Assembly (NCBI GenBank): GCA_030390025.1
Contig: CM059438.1
Span: 70,558,001 to 70,622,000, forward strand
Source: Squalus acanthias
Taxonomy: Eukaryota
DNA length: 64,000 bases
Direction of reading: 5' to 3'
The notes beneath the pieces are model-generated. The model saw only the letters and a program-made list of their open reading frames with translations, did no database searches and had not been told where the DNA came from. A program made the position numbers and the translations under genes. Shown here in pieces: positions 51,021 through 63,924 of this stretch; within the stretch, counting starts at the first letter, position 1; each line of letters opens with the position of its first letter.

Positions 51021-52370
51021 AAAAGTTCAGAATTCAAGTTTTATCACATTGAAATGGAGAAAAGCAGTTCCAGCTGCTATCTCGATTCCTGGCCATTAAA
51101 ATTCAGGAGAAGAACTGAAAGAAACATCCCATCTATTAAAAGAAAAATATTCCCTAATTTCTTAACACAGATGGTGCTTCCTTTTACCCAGAGTAATGTT
51201 TTTTGACGGTGTTTATGATATGTGTGGGGTGGGGAGAAGGATATCTTCATATTCATCATACAAGCCTCAGTAGCAAAGAATTTTGCTGAACAGATTTGTT
51301 CAGTCTTGATTCTCCAAGTGGAAGCAGAGCTCCCATAGGATTCTTCCAGGGATGTTGTTAGTTTAGTTGAGAACATAAAATGTCCATCTTATGATTCTTT
51401 GCTGTCTTGTATCTTTTTGTTGGTATGTTAATAGTCCTTTCTGAGTGTTAACAAATAATATTTATTAAACCACAGAGCTCAGAATGTATGGTTAATAAAT
51501 TATTCTCACATTCAAAAATAAAATGGTAATAACATTCAAGGAATGACCTTGATGTTTGTCCTTTGTGATGACGTAAACTGATTAAGAGACCATTCCACAA
51601 CTCTTGTGTAAAACAAAAGATTTTTGACATCTGTTGGAGCCTTTTCTGCTTTGTAACTTTCAAGAAGATAACCGCATGAATAAACCTTTTTATTGTAAAA
51701 TGCTCTCCCCCTCCATTGATGTAGTCCATATCCATTGTGTTTTTGTCAGCAATTGGTCTTTGAAGAGTTCCTTCACAGAACCCAGATGAAACAGAAAACA
51801 TTGATGGGAGTTGTTTATAGGCCCCCAAACAGTAGCTGTAATGTAAGGCAGAGTATAAATCAGGAAATTAGAGGCGCATGTAACAAGGGTAATACAGTAA
51901 TCATGGGGGACTTTAATCTACATATAGACTGGGCAAAACCAATTTGCAGTAATAGTGTGGAGGACAAATTCATGGAAAGTATGCAAGATAGTTTTCTAGA
52001 TCAGTATGTTGAGGAACCAAGCTAGGGAACAGGCTATTTTAGATCTAGTATTGTGCAATGAGAAAGGGTTAATTAATAACCTTGTAGTAAAGGGGCCTTT
52101 AGGGAAGAGTGACCATAATATGATAGAATTTTATATTGAGTTTGAAAGTGATTTAGTTAAATCCGAAACTAGGGTCTTAAATCTAAACAAAGCAAACTAC
52201 GTACGTATGAGGGGCGAGTTGACTAAGGTAGATTGGGAAACTACATTAAAAGGTATGACAGTAGCGAAGGAATGGCTAGCATTTAAAGAATTAATACATA
52301 ATTTACAACAAATATACATTCCTTTAAGGCACAAAAACCCCACAGGAAAAGTTGTCCAACTGTGGCTGAC

Positions 52371-52745
52371 GTATAAAACGTATAAAATTCTGACAGGGCT
52401 AGACAGACTGGATGCAGGATGATGTTTCCCCTGGCTGGGGGGTCGAGAATGAGGGGTCACAGTCTCAGGATATGGGGTAGGACATTTAGGACTGAGATGA
52501 AAAATGTCTTCATTCAGAGGGTGGTGAACATGTGGAATTCTCTACCACAGAAGGCTGTGGAGGCCAAGTCACTGAATATATTTAAGAAGGAGTAGGTAGA
52601 TTTCTAGACACAAAAGGCATCAAGGGGTATGGGGAGAGAGCGGGAATATGGTATTGAGATAGAGAATCAGCCATGATCATATTGAATGGCGGAGCAGGCT
52701 CGAAGGGCCAAATGGCTACTCCTGCTCCTATTTTTCTATGTTTCT
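52371..52745 (+). mobile_element. Nested CR1 3' fragment
   Basis: YKILTGLDRLDAG, 3' UTR and TTTCTATG tail, flanked by a 73-bp duplication. Confidence 0.88.
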
Positions 52746-53123
52746 ATAATTTACAACAAATATACATTCCTTTAAGGCACAAAACCCCCACAGGAAAAGT
52801 GGTTCAACCGTGGCTAACAAGAGAAGTTAAAGATAGTATTAGATCAAAGGAAGAGGCTTATAATGTTGCCAAAAAGAGTAGTAAGCCTGAGGATTGGGAG
52901 GATTTTAGAATTCAGCAAAGGAGGGCCAAGAAATTGATAAAGAAAGGGAAAATAGAATATGAGGGTAAACTAGCGAGAGACATAAAAACAGACCGTAAAA
53001 GCTTCTAAAGGTATGTAAAAAGGAAAAGATCAGCAAAAGTAAATGTTAGTCCCTTACAGGCTGAGACAGGAGAAATTATAATGGGGAATAAGGAAATGGC
53101 CGAGAAATTAAACAAATACTTTT

Positions 53124-54868
53124 GGGCTAAATTTTTCCGGCGCTCAGAATGTGTGTTTAGAGGCAGGTCCGCTGTCAAAATCGAAATGATTGACAGTGGG
53201 TTGGGAACCCGCTCCGATCCCACCTCCATATAAGTTTCCAAAGTGTCGGGTTTGCGATTTCAGAACAGGCCCGACACCAAGCAGTGGGGGAGGCATTTAA
53301 GATAGTTAAATGCTTGTTAATTACAATTTTGCCAGCCTATTTCTATTTTACCACTTTTTTACGAGGTTCCCGTCGCATGGGGATGACGTCAGATAAGTAG
53401 GTGAGGTTCTCTGTGTCTCCCCATTGCTGTGAATAGGTGACAGCTGCAAAAGTGGTATGAAAGCTACCATTTCACAGCTGGTCACTTTCCAATGTCAGAA
53501 GCTTGAGCTTTCAGGACTTGGAAGACACTTTTGAGCTGTATGCAGTTTGGAAGAGTTTGGAGTAAACTCTCTATCCACTGTCACCTCCTTGGAGCAAGCT
53601 CTCTCACCATTGACAGATCGCTTCTGCCATCTCAACTTCAACTGCCATCTATTCCAGCAGCATCAGTGACCTTGAAAAAATCTCACCTTAGTCCTCTGAA
53701 TCCCTCCACGATCAGCCCCAACATTACCAGGCACACCAACATCACCAACAACAGTACCAAACTTCTCCGCAATCACCTGATGCTGCACAGGACACAGGAC
53801 ATCAGCACTCGACAACATTGCTTCTCGGGAGGCCGGCGATGGCATCACCATGGCCAGATTTACTTCACTTGACGCTGTACACCCTGGCTGCCACATGATG
53901 CGCCAGGTTGACATCACCCCACACCAGCACCACAAAGCATCCCTATAATGTCCAAGCCATTTCTTTCACACTCATCACAATTGTGGGGGAAGGGAGTTAT
54001 GTCTCAACATTCACTGGAACTCACTAAGACAGTTCTAAAGGTTAGCACAGATCTGTCCAATAAGGTAAAGTGTTGAAAATATAGATTTCAATGTTTGACA
54101 GTACATTAACAGAAACTTCACACATTGGCTAAACCACTCAAGTGCCTACCCTTGTGTGTTGTTAGTTGGTATGCTTGCAGTATGATGAGAGTGAGTGTGA
54201 GGGGTGGCTAGTGAGATTGGGAGTGATGATGTAGATAGAGAGGGATGGGTGGAGGTGCAAGGTAAGTTGGTGTGAGTAAAGTTGTGCAGGAGTAGGGTAG
54301 GGAAGGCAGAGTGATGGGGATGTGTTGAGTGGCACAGCAGGATGAGGTTGTGTGTGGCTTGGCAGTTGCGTTTCGTGATCTGCTCAGATCATTTAAAGGC
54401 TTGTGCCACTGCAGTCTGATCCTCCTGACAACATCCCTGCTTGTGTCCTCCTGTGCAATGTGAAACCAGGCTGTGTTGGTCTCCTGGGGAGGTCTCTTCC
54501 TCCCATGGGAAGGGAAGAGAACCTCCCTGCGTGCTGTGGCTCCCTCATAAGCAGATGGAGGGAGTCATGCAAGAGCCTGGGTGCAGCCGTGCACCTTTGT
54601 GAATTGCTTGTCAGTGTTTGCAGCACCTCAATGCTGCAGAACCCTGACAGCACAACTGTCAAAATAAATGTGGACATGGCCCCTTTAAGGAAACCATCAA
54701 ATGACGGCATCAGACCCGTTTCCTTTTAATTGGCCGAGAAATGCGCAGGGCGGGCTTAACAAGGCCAATCTATGTAAAATCACTTGGACAGAGTGGGCTG
54801 GAGCCGGGAGTGGGACTGGGACCCACCTCTCACGCTGTGATCCCGTCTCCGCTGGCGAAATTGCGGCC
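53124..54868 (-). mobile_element. Non-autonomous Harbinger, same family as 10240-12022
   Basis: Reverse-complement similarity along its length. Ends GGGCTAAATTTT ... GAAATTGCGGCC. TSD TTT splits the CR1 codons NKYF|VSV. Confidence 0.88.
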
Positions 54869-55184
54869 TTTGTGTCTGTCATCATGGAAGAAGATGCAAA
54901 ACACTTCCCAGAAATAGTGGAGAACCAAGGGTCTCGCGAGAATGAGGAACAGAAAGAAATTAGGATTAGTAAAAATATAGTACTGGAGAAATTAATGGGG
55001 ACTGAAAGCCAATAAATCCCATGGACCTGATGGCCAACATCCTAGGGTTTTGAAAGAGGTGGCTATAGAGTTAGTGGATGCATTGGTTGTCATATTTTAA
55101 AATTCCATAGATTCGAGAACGGTTCCCACGGATTGGACGGTAGCAAATATAACCCCACTATTTAAGAAAGGAGGGAGAGAGAAA

Positions 55185-56501
55185 ATGGGGAACAACAGAC
55201 CAGTTAGCCTGACATCAGTAGTCGGGAAAATGCTAGGATCTATTATTAAAGACGTGGTCACAGGGCACTTAGAAAATAATAGGATTGGGCAGAGTCAACA
55301 CGGATTTATGAAAGGGAAATCGTGTTTGACAAATCTGATAGCGTTTTTTGAGGTTGTAACTAGCAGAATAGATAAGGAGGAACCAGTGGATGTGGTGTAT
55401 TTGGATTTTCAGAAGGCATTCGATAATGTGCCACACAAGAGGTTATTAAACAAAATTAGGGCTCATGGGATTGGGGGTAATATACTAGCATGGATTGAGG
55501 ATTGGTTAACGGACAGAAAACAGAGAGTAGGTATAAATGGGTCATTTTCAGGTTGGAAGGCTGTAACTAGTGGGGTACCGCAAGGATCAGTGCTTGGGCC
55601 TCAGCTATTCACAATCTACATCAATGATTTGGATGAGATGACCAAATGTAATATATCCAAGTTTACTGATGATACAAAGCTGGGTGGGAATGCAAGTTGT
55701 GAGGAGGATGCAAAGAGCCTTCAAGGGGATATAGACAGGCTAAGTGAGTGGGCAAGAACATGGCAAATGGAATATGATGTGGAGAAATTTGAAGTTATCC
55801 ACTTTGGTAGGAAAAATAGAACATCAGAGTATTTTTTAAATGGTGAGAGATTGGGAAATGTTGGTGGTCAGAGGGAGCTGGGTGTCCTTGTACACAAATC
55901 ACTGAAAGTTAATGTGCAGGTACAGCAAGCAATTAGGAAAGCAAATGGTATGTTGGCCTTTATTACAAGAGGATTTGAGTATAAGAGTAAAGATGTCTTA
56001 CTGCAATTATATAGGGCCCTGGTGAGACTACACCTGGAGTATTGTGTACAGTTTTGGTCTCCTTACCTAAGGAAGGATATATTTGCCATAGAGGGAGTGC
56101 AACGAATGTTCACCAGACTGATTCCTGGGATGGGGGGATTGTCCTATGAGGAGAGATTGAGTAGACTAGGCCTATATTCTTTAGAGTTTTGAATAATGAG
56201 AGGTGATCTCATTGAAACATACCTAATTCTTACAGGGCTTGACAGGGTAGATGCAGGGAGGATGTATCCCCTGGCTGGGGAGTCTAGAACCAGGGGTCAC
56301 AGTCTCAGAATAAGGGGTCGGCCATTTAGGACTGTGATGAGGAGACATTTCTTCACTCAGAGGGTGTTGAATCTTTGGAATTCTCTACCCCAGAGAGCTG
56401 TGGAGGCTCAGTCGTTGAGTATATTCAAGACAGAGATCGATAGATTTTTGGATATAAAGGGAATCAAGGGATATGGGGATAGTGCAGGAAAGTGGAGTTG
56501 A
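55185..56501 (+). pseudogene. CR1 reverse transcriptase domain, disrupted
   Basis: RPVSLTSVVGK...GVPQGSVLGP...KFTDD, with a premature TGA at 56190-56192. Confidence 0.9.
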
Positions 56502-56814
56502 GGTAGGAGATCAGCTATGATCTTATTGAATGATGGAGCAGGCTCGAGGGGCCAATTGGCCTACTCCTGCTCCTACTTTTTAGGTTCTTACGTTCTTATA
56601 TCCATTTTATTCTTAAAATGGTCAAATAATTAATTAGGTTGGGGCCATTCAGAGAGAGTCTTCCACTCTTCTTCAATATGAATGTACTTGATCTATTGTC
56701 AAACTGATCAGATGTTATTTTCAAATTTTCTTCAAACTTTTAATTTCTTTTCCTCCTGAACCTCCTATACATTGCCAAAGTGCCCATTATTTATCTGTAA
56801 GATCTGATGACGAG

Positions 56815-57075
56815 TGACACGTAGCCTATCCCCCTGTCGAGGACATCACAGCTAAGCCCACCCTGCACTCGCCAGGCATCCATGTGAGTGCATTTCCACT
56901 ATGGGTCCTGGACAACAATCAGGAATGGGACTCCTGGCTAATCTACCCTTTCCTAACCCATGGATGCCATGGACAGTTCTGATGTTCTCCTGGCTGAGAT
57001 TATCTAACACAGCGTAGAATCTCGACCATCCAAGTTTGTTTGGCGCATAGATGGTGACTTTCCATCTGAGAGACC
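56815..57075 (-). mobile_element. Second-family SINE fragment
   Basis: GGACATCACAGCTAAGCCC...GGACAACAATCAGGAATGGGACTCCTGGCT...GGCTGAGAT. Confidence 0.45.
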
Positions 57076-57356
57076 GCGGAGCAAAGCAGAGTTTAAGAAA
57101 GCAGCTCTTATTGAAATTATGCTGTCGTGAACAAATTCTGGTGAAATAGATCAGTGAAAGAAAACCTAACTACGTGGAACATATCTGTGGGGAAGCACCT
57201 TACATTCAATATACTTAACCCCAGAATTACTTTTTTCTGGTTCTCTTCTGTTTGTAAATAATTTAAAGGTTTTAGTGTAGGAACACCTGGAAAAGCACAA
57301 CTTGGTTATGGAAGGCAAGCATGGATTCAGGAAGCAGGTGTCATGTTTAATTAACC

Positions 57357-57606
57357 ATTGACAGCCGTGCCTTCAGCTATCTAGGCCCTGAGCTCTTGAA
57401 TTCCCTCCCTAAACCCCTGCGCATCTCCAGCTCTCACTTCCTTTAAGATCCTCCTTAAAACCTGCCACATTGACCAAGCTTTTGGTCACCTGTCCGAATT
57501 TCTCCTTCTTTGGCTTGGTGTCAATACTTCTCTGATTACGTTCCTGTGAAGAAACATTCAGACATTTTACTAAGTTGAAGGCGCTATATAAATGCAGGTT
57601 GTTGTT
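57357..57606 (+). mobile_element. L2-type LINE 3' end fragment
   Basis: GCCGTGCCTTCAGC...AAGGCGCTATATAAATGCAGGTTGTTGTT. Confidence 0.8.
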
Positions 57607-59776
57607 ATTTTGTGATCTGGCAGGGGACAACCCATGATCTATATCTTTGTGGCACAGAATGTCATTTATAACACAAATGAGTGGAGCTTGAATGCCACTA
57701 CCAATTACACCTCTTCAAATGTGTTGTTTGTGCTTCCTGTGTGACTTTTTTGAGAGTGGCAGGATTTAAAAAAATAACACAAGTGCTTTGACATGATTAT
57801 TTTTGTAAAGAAGACACAGTTTGTTGAGACTCTTCTCCACAAGGCTAGATCTGGAACTTAACCAAGGTCATGGACAGGCACCTAATGGAGCTAATTTGTA
57901 TTTAACGTACGGCACCAGGCATGACTCCAGTAAATGCAAGCAAATGCCATCGTGGACTTAAATTAATAAGTTACATGATCTCAATTTTAAATCCAACTGA
58001 TAATGGGAAGTCAAGGCTGCACTGAACAAAGTAGCGCTGTGCATCTCAACGCTGAAATATTTATTTCATGGACATTGACCGACTCTTCAAGAATAATAAA
58101 GACAAAATCAAAAGTGATTACAGACTTCACGATGAGTTTGGCTGAGGAACTTTGTTAAATGTAACAGGCGCCATTTCGGGTTGAAACCTGCAATGACCAT
58201 GTTGGTTTCTTCTGGAGAAATGTGGAGACTGGACTCTGCGATCATTTTATTTTGTTTCCAAAAATTATACAGGAAATAGGTGCAATTAATTTTAGAAGGC
58301 ACTTTACACATTTTATTGTTGAGTGACGACGATGTTTGCTAGTTCTTATTTATTTTAAGTTGTAGTGTCCCTTTTTGAGTTTCGGGATATCTGTCAGTTT
58401 TGCTGCTGGATCCATTAAATCGAAAAATGACTCTACTGCCAGACCACCAGCGCCATTATTTGTCAGTCTACATGGCAGCGGCGCGAAAACTGGCTTAAAT
58501 GCTGGAAAATAGTTTTAATAGGGGCGGAGCTATGATCATTACCGTCTAACTGTTTTTGGCAAAGGTAACGGCTTAAAAGTGCTTGGAAAATATGGAGTGG
58601 CATAATTAGTAGTGTAAGTCACTTACTTCATAATTTCCTCTTTTGCGGCGTTTAAAGGTCCCTACGTTGTACAATGGCCCGAGGAAAATCTGAGCTATTT
58701 TAAAGGTCCATTTTGCTGCTTGCAATCAGGAATTTTTGGAGCACACAGCTGTCATAGTGCCTTTAAGGACATTTAGTCGGCGCAATAAAGTCAGTGCAAT
58801 AAATTTGAGTGAATTGAGCTCAGCGGGTACTGAAGTCGTTAAACAGCCACAGACCCTCTGAAGAGTTATACTGTTGGTAAACAGTGCAGAAGAAGGCAAA
58901 GAGTTAAAGGTTCTTGACTGGAGTAGGCAAGGCACAGAAAGGACATGTCTGGACTTGTTGGGTGATGTAAAGTTCAGCAATCCCTCAAAGGCTAAAATCT
59001 GTGATCACTTTACTCAGATAAATTTAACATGCCAAAACATTATTTTCCTTTAGAACTGAAATAAATAAAATAATGCATAATCTGTCACACTACTTTAATT
59101 ATTTGAAATCTTCAGTGTTTCATGCGGAATAATTAGATTAATGTTTAAAAACAATTGTGATAAAAGCATAGTCCGTTTCAGGTTTCTTCACCTTCCCATC
59201 TCCTCTCCATCTGGAAGACTCGCAGTAACTTAAAACACGAAGGAAATCTCTGGCCACTAACGGGGCGCTAATGAAAAATAAAATTCAGTTGATCAATTGG
59301 TGGCCAAATGAATCGTGCTTTAAAATATATTTTTCATTTGATAAAGCAGAATACCCGTGACTGGCTAACTCAAAACTCCTTTGGTCATAACTTAGTTTTG
59401 AACTTCTTTTTAGTATCTTGTCCATAGAAAGTGGCACAATGTATTGACAGAGTAATACTCTACCACCTATAATCGGTTTCGAACATAACAAGAAGTGTGA
59501 ATGCTCAATAAAGGCAAATCCTCATCTTGGACATAATTACTGGAAGTTAAATTCCTCTACGTTGCCCTCCCAATAATAATCACCTGACTTTCAACCCCGT
59601 TCTGTCATTTTGTGTTCCTCTCCACACTACAGCACTTTTTGCTGTTTAAAAAAATCTCAAGGTTTTTCTTATATGTCTGTGGATATCTTTTATCATACAA
59701 CCTCTTTTAACATATATTTTTGGTTCCTGACAGGTGTGAGTTTAAAAAAGAGAGGTGCACTGAATTTTTTTTTTTA

Positions 59777-60015
59777 AATGCTGTAAACCCATAACTGATC
59801 TGTCAGTGCCTGTAAAGAGAAAAGGCCACTTATCATTTTGAATGTAGACCCTTCATCAGAACCCAAAAGGTCTTCATCCAAAAATATCAACTTATCATTC
59901 CCCTCCCCGCCCCCCCCCCCCCCCCCCCCCCCCCTCCCGATACTGATAGATGCTTTGTGCATTTCCAGTGTTTTCTCTTTTGTATTTCAGTATTCCAGCA
60001 CTGGCAGTTTTGAAC
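59777..60015. mobile_element. Heavily decayed inverted PLE-type module with a central poly-C run
   Basis: Minus-strand CTGATGAAGGGTC remnant near 59847-59860. Right arm ATTTCCAGTGTTTTCTCTTTTGTATTTCAG resembles 16220-16260. Confidence 0.4.
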
Positions 60016-60445
60016 TCCAGAGTTAAAGAAAAACACAAGAAAAAAAGAATCAAAAATTTAGCCGAAGTTAAGCTCGGTTTCAAACATAAGTTTGTACAAG
60101 CACTGTGTTGGTTTAGTTAGTTTCTGAGTATCGACATCTGTTATTAGACAAGTACAAGACAATAATAGGCCACATAATGATAAAGCCAGGATGTGAGGGT
60201 GTTTTTTGCATTCCTGCTGAAAAATATTCCTATATGTTGCTGGTGCCAAGTAGTCTTGGTTTGGAACGGGTAGACATATGAAGGTATGAGCCGGCATGGG
60301 AATGTACGTGACACTGTAGAATTAGAAAAAATGTGGTGTGCGGTTGCATGCTGAAATTATTTTAGGAATGGAGGGAATATTCATCTGTCAAAATGTTCAT
60401 GGAAGCTTTCCTACTGGGATACAGAACAGCAATTTTGACATTTGG

Positions 60446-61477
60446 TCTATTATTAAAATGTATTAAAATACACAAAGGGTAGGCTGAGCTGTGGTGCTGG
60501 ACTGAACAATGACTATAATCTCAGGGGTGAGCTAGCCTGCATGACCTTGTTACAAAGCACTTACTGCTTAGATATATCAGGGGTTATTTGTTACACAGGG
60601 AGATCCCTAGGCTGTAGCCCTCTGAGTCCAATTGACTCCACATAGATTATATACCTGATCCAAGCATGATTCTGATCCAAGCATCAAATTCCAGTGCAAC
60701 AAACCACATTGCATTCGCTCCCATTGGATAGAATTCCTGATCCAAGCACAAAATCCATCCCAATTATTCTTGTGTATAGTAGTCAGCACTTAGCACACTA
60801 AATATAATCAATCTGCTGCCAAATTCCACTCAGAATTCAACAGTTTCTTTTAGAAGCCGAATCACTTTTGTGGAAAAAATATGTTTTTGCTAAATGCTTT
60901 GCGTTGGTTTTGTTTATACTGATTGATTGATTAAATGGGGCTGTGGTACCAAGGTTTGCATGCCAGTTGTTTGATCCAGAGTTCCTCAAATCCCTGATCC
61001 AAGCATTAAGTTTCTTCATAAACTAGTTACATGCTTATCAAAATTGTTTTGTACCAGGCAATGTTCCCCCTTATTTTTTTTTGGGTGCGCGGTCCCTTTA
61101 ACGGACTGCGCGGCCCATTCAAAATTTTGCACATGCATGAAATGTTCCATTGAAAAGCCGGTGACCAACCTGCACGGGACTTCCAGACATTTAGCGAGAA
61201 CATTGGTACCAGGTAATGTTTTCAAGTAGCAGTGAGGATCTGTATTTTTCTAGTTTACCAAACATAAAGGAACATTGTTCACTTCATCTATTTTGTCTCA
61301 TTCTTTTCCACAATCACAAAATTCTTTCATGTTTGTACCCTTCTCAATGCAATAGAGAGGAAGGTGAACACGCTTCTATTATTACACTGTGTTAAAATAC
61401 ACAAAGGGTAGGCTGTGCTGTGGTGCTGGACTGAACAATGACTAAAAGCTCAGGGGTGAGCTAGTCTGCATAACCTT
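60446..61477. repeat. Pair of about 103-bp direct repeats (60446-60548 and 61375-61477)
   Basis: TTAAAATACACAAAGGGTAGGCTG...GGGGTGAGCTAGxCTGCATxACCT appears twice, offset 929 bp. Confidence 0.9.
61059..61205. mobile_element. hAT-type MITE (147 bp)
   Basis: TIR CAATGTTC / GAACATTG with a perfect 8-bp TSD GTACCAGG. Confidence 0.85.
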
Positions 61478-62560
61478 TATAAAAGCTTTATACTTTTGCT
61501 TACCATGCCAATGCTGCGTCATAATCAGCCATCGTGAAGTGCAATGCCAATCGATGAGCTACCCGCTCTTGCCCTTCCCCGCGACTTCTGAATTAACACC
61601 ATTCAAGAAATGACCTTGCAGCTCATGGCTGCCAGAGAAATGACAGCACTCACTCAACTGAGGAAGCGAGTCTGAGTGGCACCCAGTAATTGACTGGAAC
61701 TTTGACCTTCTAACTGGTTTCCAATCAGAGGCGCTGGACTGAATTGTTAGAAATATAGGGGCCAAAATTCCTTTGGTAGTTCTGCCAATCTCCCGCTGTC
61801 TAACGGAAGACCAACAGAACCTCCTGGAAAATAGGACTCAATAGTACTGAGGCGGCGATTTTCCCACTGGAGGTGAGATGGAGACGGGTTTCGGTTTGGG
61901 TGGGTTTGAAACCCGCCTCCACTGATAGTTTTCAAAAAATTGCGATTTTCCCCTGATAGGCCGCTTGATTTCAGAGGTGTGAGATGCCGTTGGTCAATTA
62001 ATGTTTTGGGACTGACACTCGCCTCTGCTGACATCACTTTTCCAGTCTGAATTTATGGTTTCTTGCTGCCTTGGCTCATTCCACAGCATTTCTGCCTATG
62101 CTGCACCACCTGCAACATATTCTGAGAAAGCACTATGTCCAATTCCAAGCCAAGGGCCTCCCCGAGGCTCTCGGATGAGGCGCTGCAAATGTTGTTTGAG
62201 GGGGTGACAGCTAGCATGGAGGTGCTCTTCTATTCATCTGGGAGGAAGACGCCTGCCAAAGAAATCAAGGCTGTGTGGGTTCAGCTGGCAAGGGATATAA
62301 CCTCCAGATCTGTGTGCAGATTGGGAGAATGTTTATGTGTATTGATGAAATGCCATCCCCGTTGGAAAGCATTAAAATGATTTGAAGCCAAAATATTGGC
62401 GTTATGGCATCTGTTCTTTCGCCTTAGGCAGCTCCACATTGCGGGCTCCGCAACATTTGCATTGTCAGGTTGGTGGCCTGAGTGAAAGGAGGCCAGAGAG
62501 TCATGTCCATTGTCAATGATGTCCTGGATGGAGCCAAGGACATGTTCCAACTTGGGCAAC

Positions 62561-63924
62561 CTATGCAAATGTGGCCAGGATAAGTTCATCCCTTGCATCC
62601 TGGGCAGCCATGTGCTCGCGTGCTGCCGCTGCTGCTGGTCGATACACCGGCACTCTGACCTCCTCCTGCTCCTCCTCCTCCTCCTTCTAATCCTCATCTG
62701 AGGAGGGCTGGAACTGAGCCGCTTGCTCATCAGGAAGCTGCAAGCCAGGACGCTGTGCCATGTTGTGCAGTGTACAGCAGACCACGACCATTCTGGAGAC
62801 CCTGTATGGTGTATACTGCAGGGCTCCACCTGATCGGTCAAGGCAACGGAAGCGCATCTTCAATAACCCAATGGTTTGCTCTGTGATGGACCTGGTCGAA
62901 GTGTGACTGACGTTGTAGCGCTCTTCAGCCTCGTTAGCTGGCCTCCTGATCGGCGTCATTAGCCACTTCTTCAGTGGATAGCCTTTGTCACCAAGGAGAC
63001 ATCCGTTAAGTTGGTTTGGTGGATTGAAAAGTGGAGGAACATTAGAGTGCCACAGGATGAAAGAGTCATGGCAACTACCACAGAACCTGGCGCAAGCATG
63101 CAAAAACTCCTTCTTGAGGTTACACACCAGCTGTATGTTGAGGGAGTGGAAGCCCTTTCGGTTGACAAAGATAGCTGGGTTGTGATGGGGTGCCCTAAGG
63201 GCCACATGTGTGCAGTCTATGACGCCATATTTGCAAAGCCAACCGAATGGGTGGTTATACTTGCTTGATCCCTTGTGAACTGGATGTAATTGTGGGCCTT
63301 AGCAAAAAGGGCATCGGCAACCTGCGTGATGCAACTATGGGTGGCTGACTGGGAGATGCCGCTGATGTCTGCTGATGATCCCTGGAAGGAGCCTGAGGCA
63401 AAGAAGTTGAGTGCGGTAATAACAACAGAAAACGCTGGAAAAACTCAGCAGGCCAGGCAGCATCCGTGGAGAGAGAAAGAGAGTTAACGTTTCAGGTCGA
63501 TGACCTTTCGTCAGAAGTTGAGTGCGGTGATGACTTTGACAGCCACTGGTAAGGGGTATCCACCCGTTCCTCTGGGCACCGGGTCTTGCTGCAGCAGGCC
63601 CCAGATCTCTCGGACAACCTCTCGCGAAAGTCTCAGCCTCCTTTGGCACTGCTGCTCACTCATGTTGAGGTAGCTCATCCTTTGTCTGTAAACCCTCTGT
63701 CGGGGGTATCTCCTGCGGCGAGGGGCCTCGATGCGCGGGTGCCTTCTGCCCTGTGCAGCATCAGGTGGCTGAGCAGGAGGTTGGGGCTCCTGCTGCTGTT
63801 GCTGCTGAGCTGCCTGGTTCTGCTGCTGCCGTGGATGGTCCTCATCCTCATCTGAGATCCATGCAGAAAGAAAACGAATGGTTCCAATGCTGCTTGCAGA
63901 TGCCTCCTTTGGGGAAGCGCTCAT
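62561..63924 (-). pseudogene. HARBI1-like Harbinger DDE transposase, disrupted
   Basis: [54 protein letters not shown] and [17 protein letters not shown] motifs. Interrupted at 63418-63512. Confidence 0.92.
63418..63512 (-). mobile_element. 95-bp hammerhead-bearing PLE-type insertion
   Basis: Perfect 16-bp TSD AGAAGTTGAGTGCGGT at 63402-63417 and 63513-63528. Core CTGACGA-a-AGGTC-atc-GACCT-GAAA-CG-TT overlaps the junction. Confidence 0.85.

Larger units (their letters stand above)
51790..56598 (+). mobile_element. CR1 LINE ORF2 (APE end through RT and 3' UTR), interrupted by two insertions
   Basis: GVVYRPPN, IMGDFN, ILDLVL and GKSDHNMI (APE domain), RT at 55185-56501, (TTCTTA) tail. Insertions at 52371-52745 and 53124-54868. 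Confidence 0.93.

Noticed and set aside
59845..59865. Functional hammerhead
   Set aside because: CTGATGA is present, but the GAAA box and stems are degenerate.
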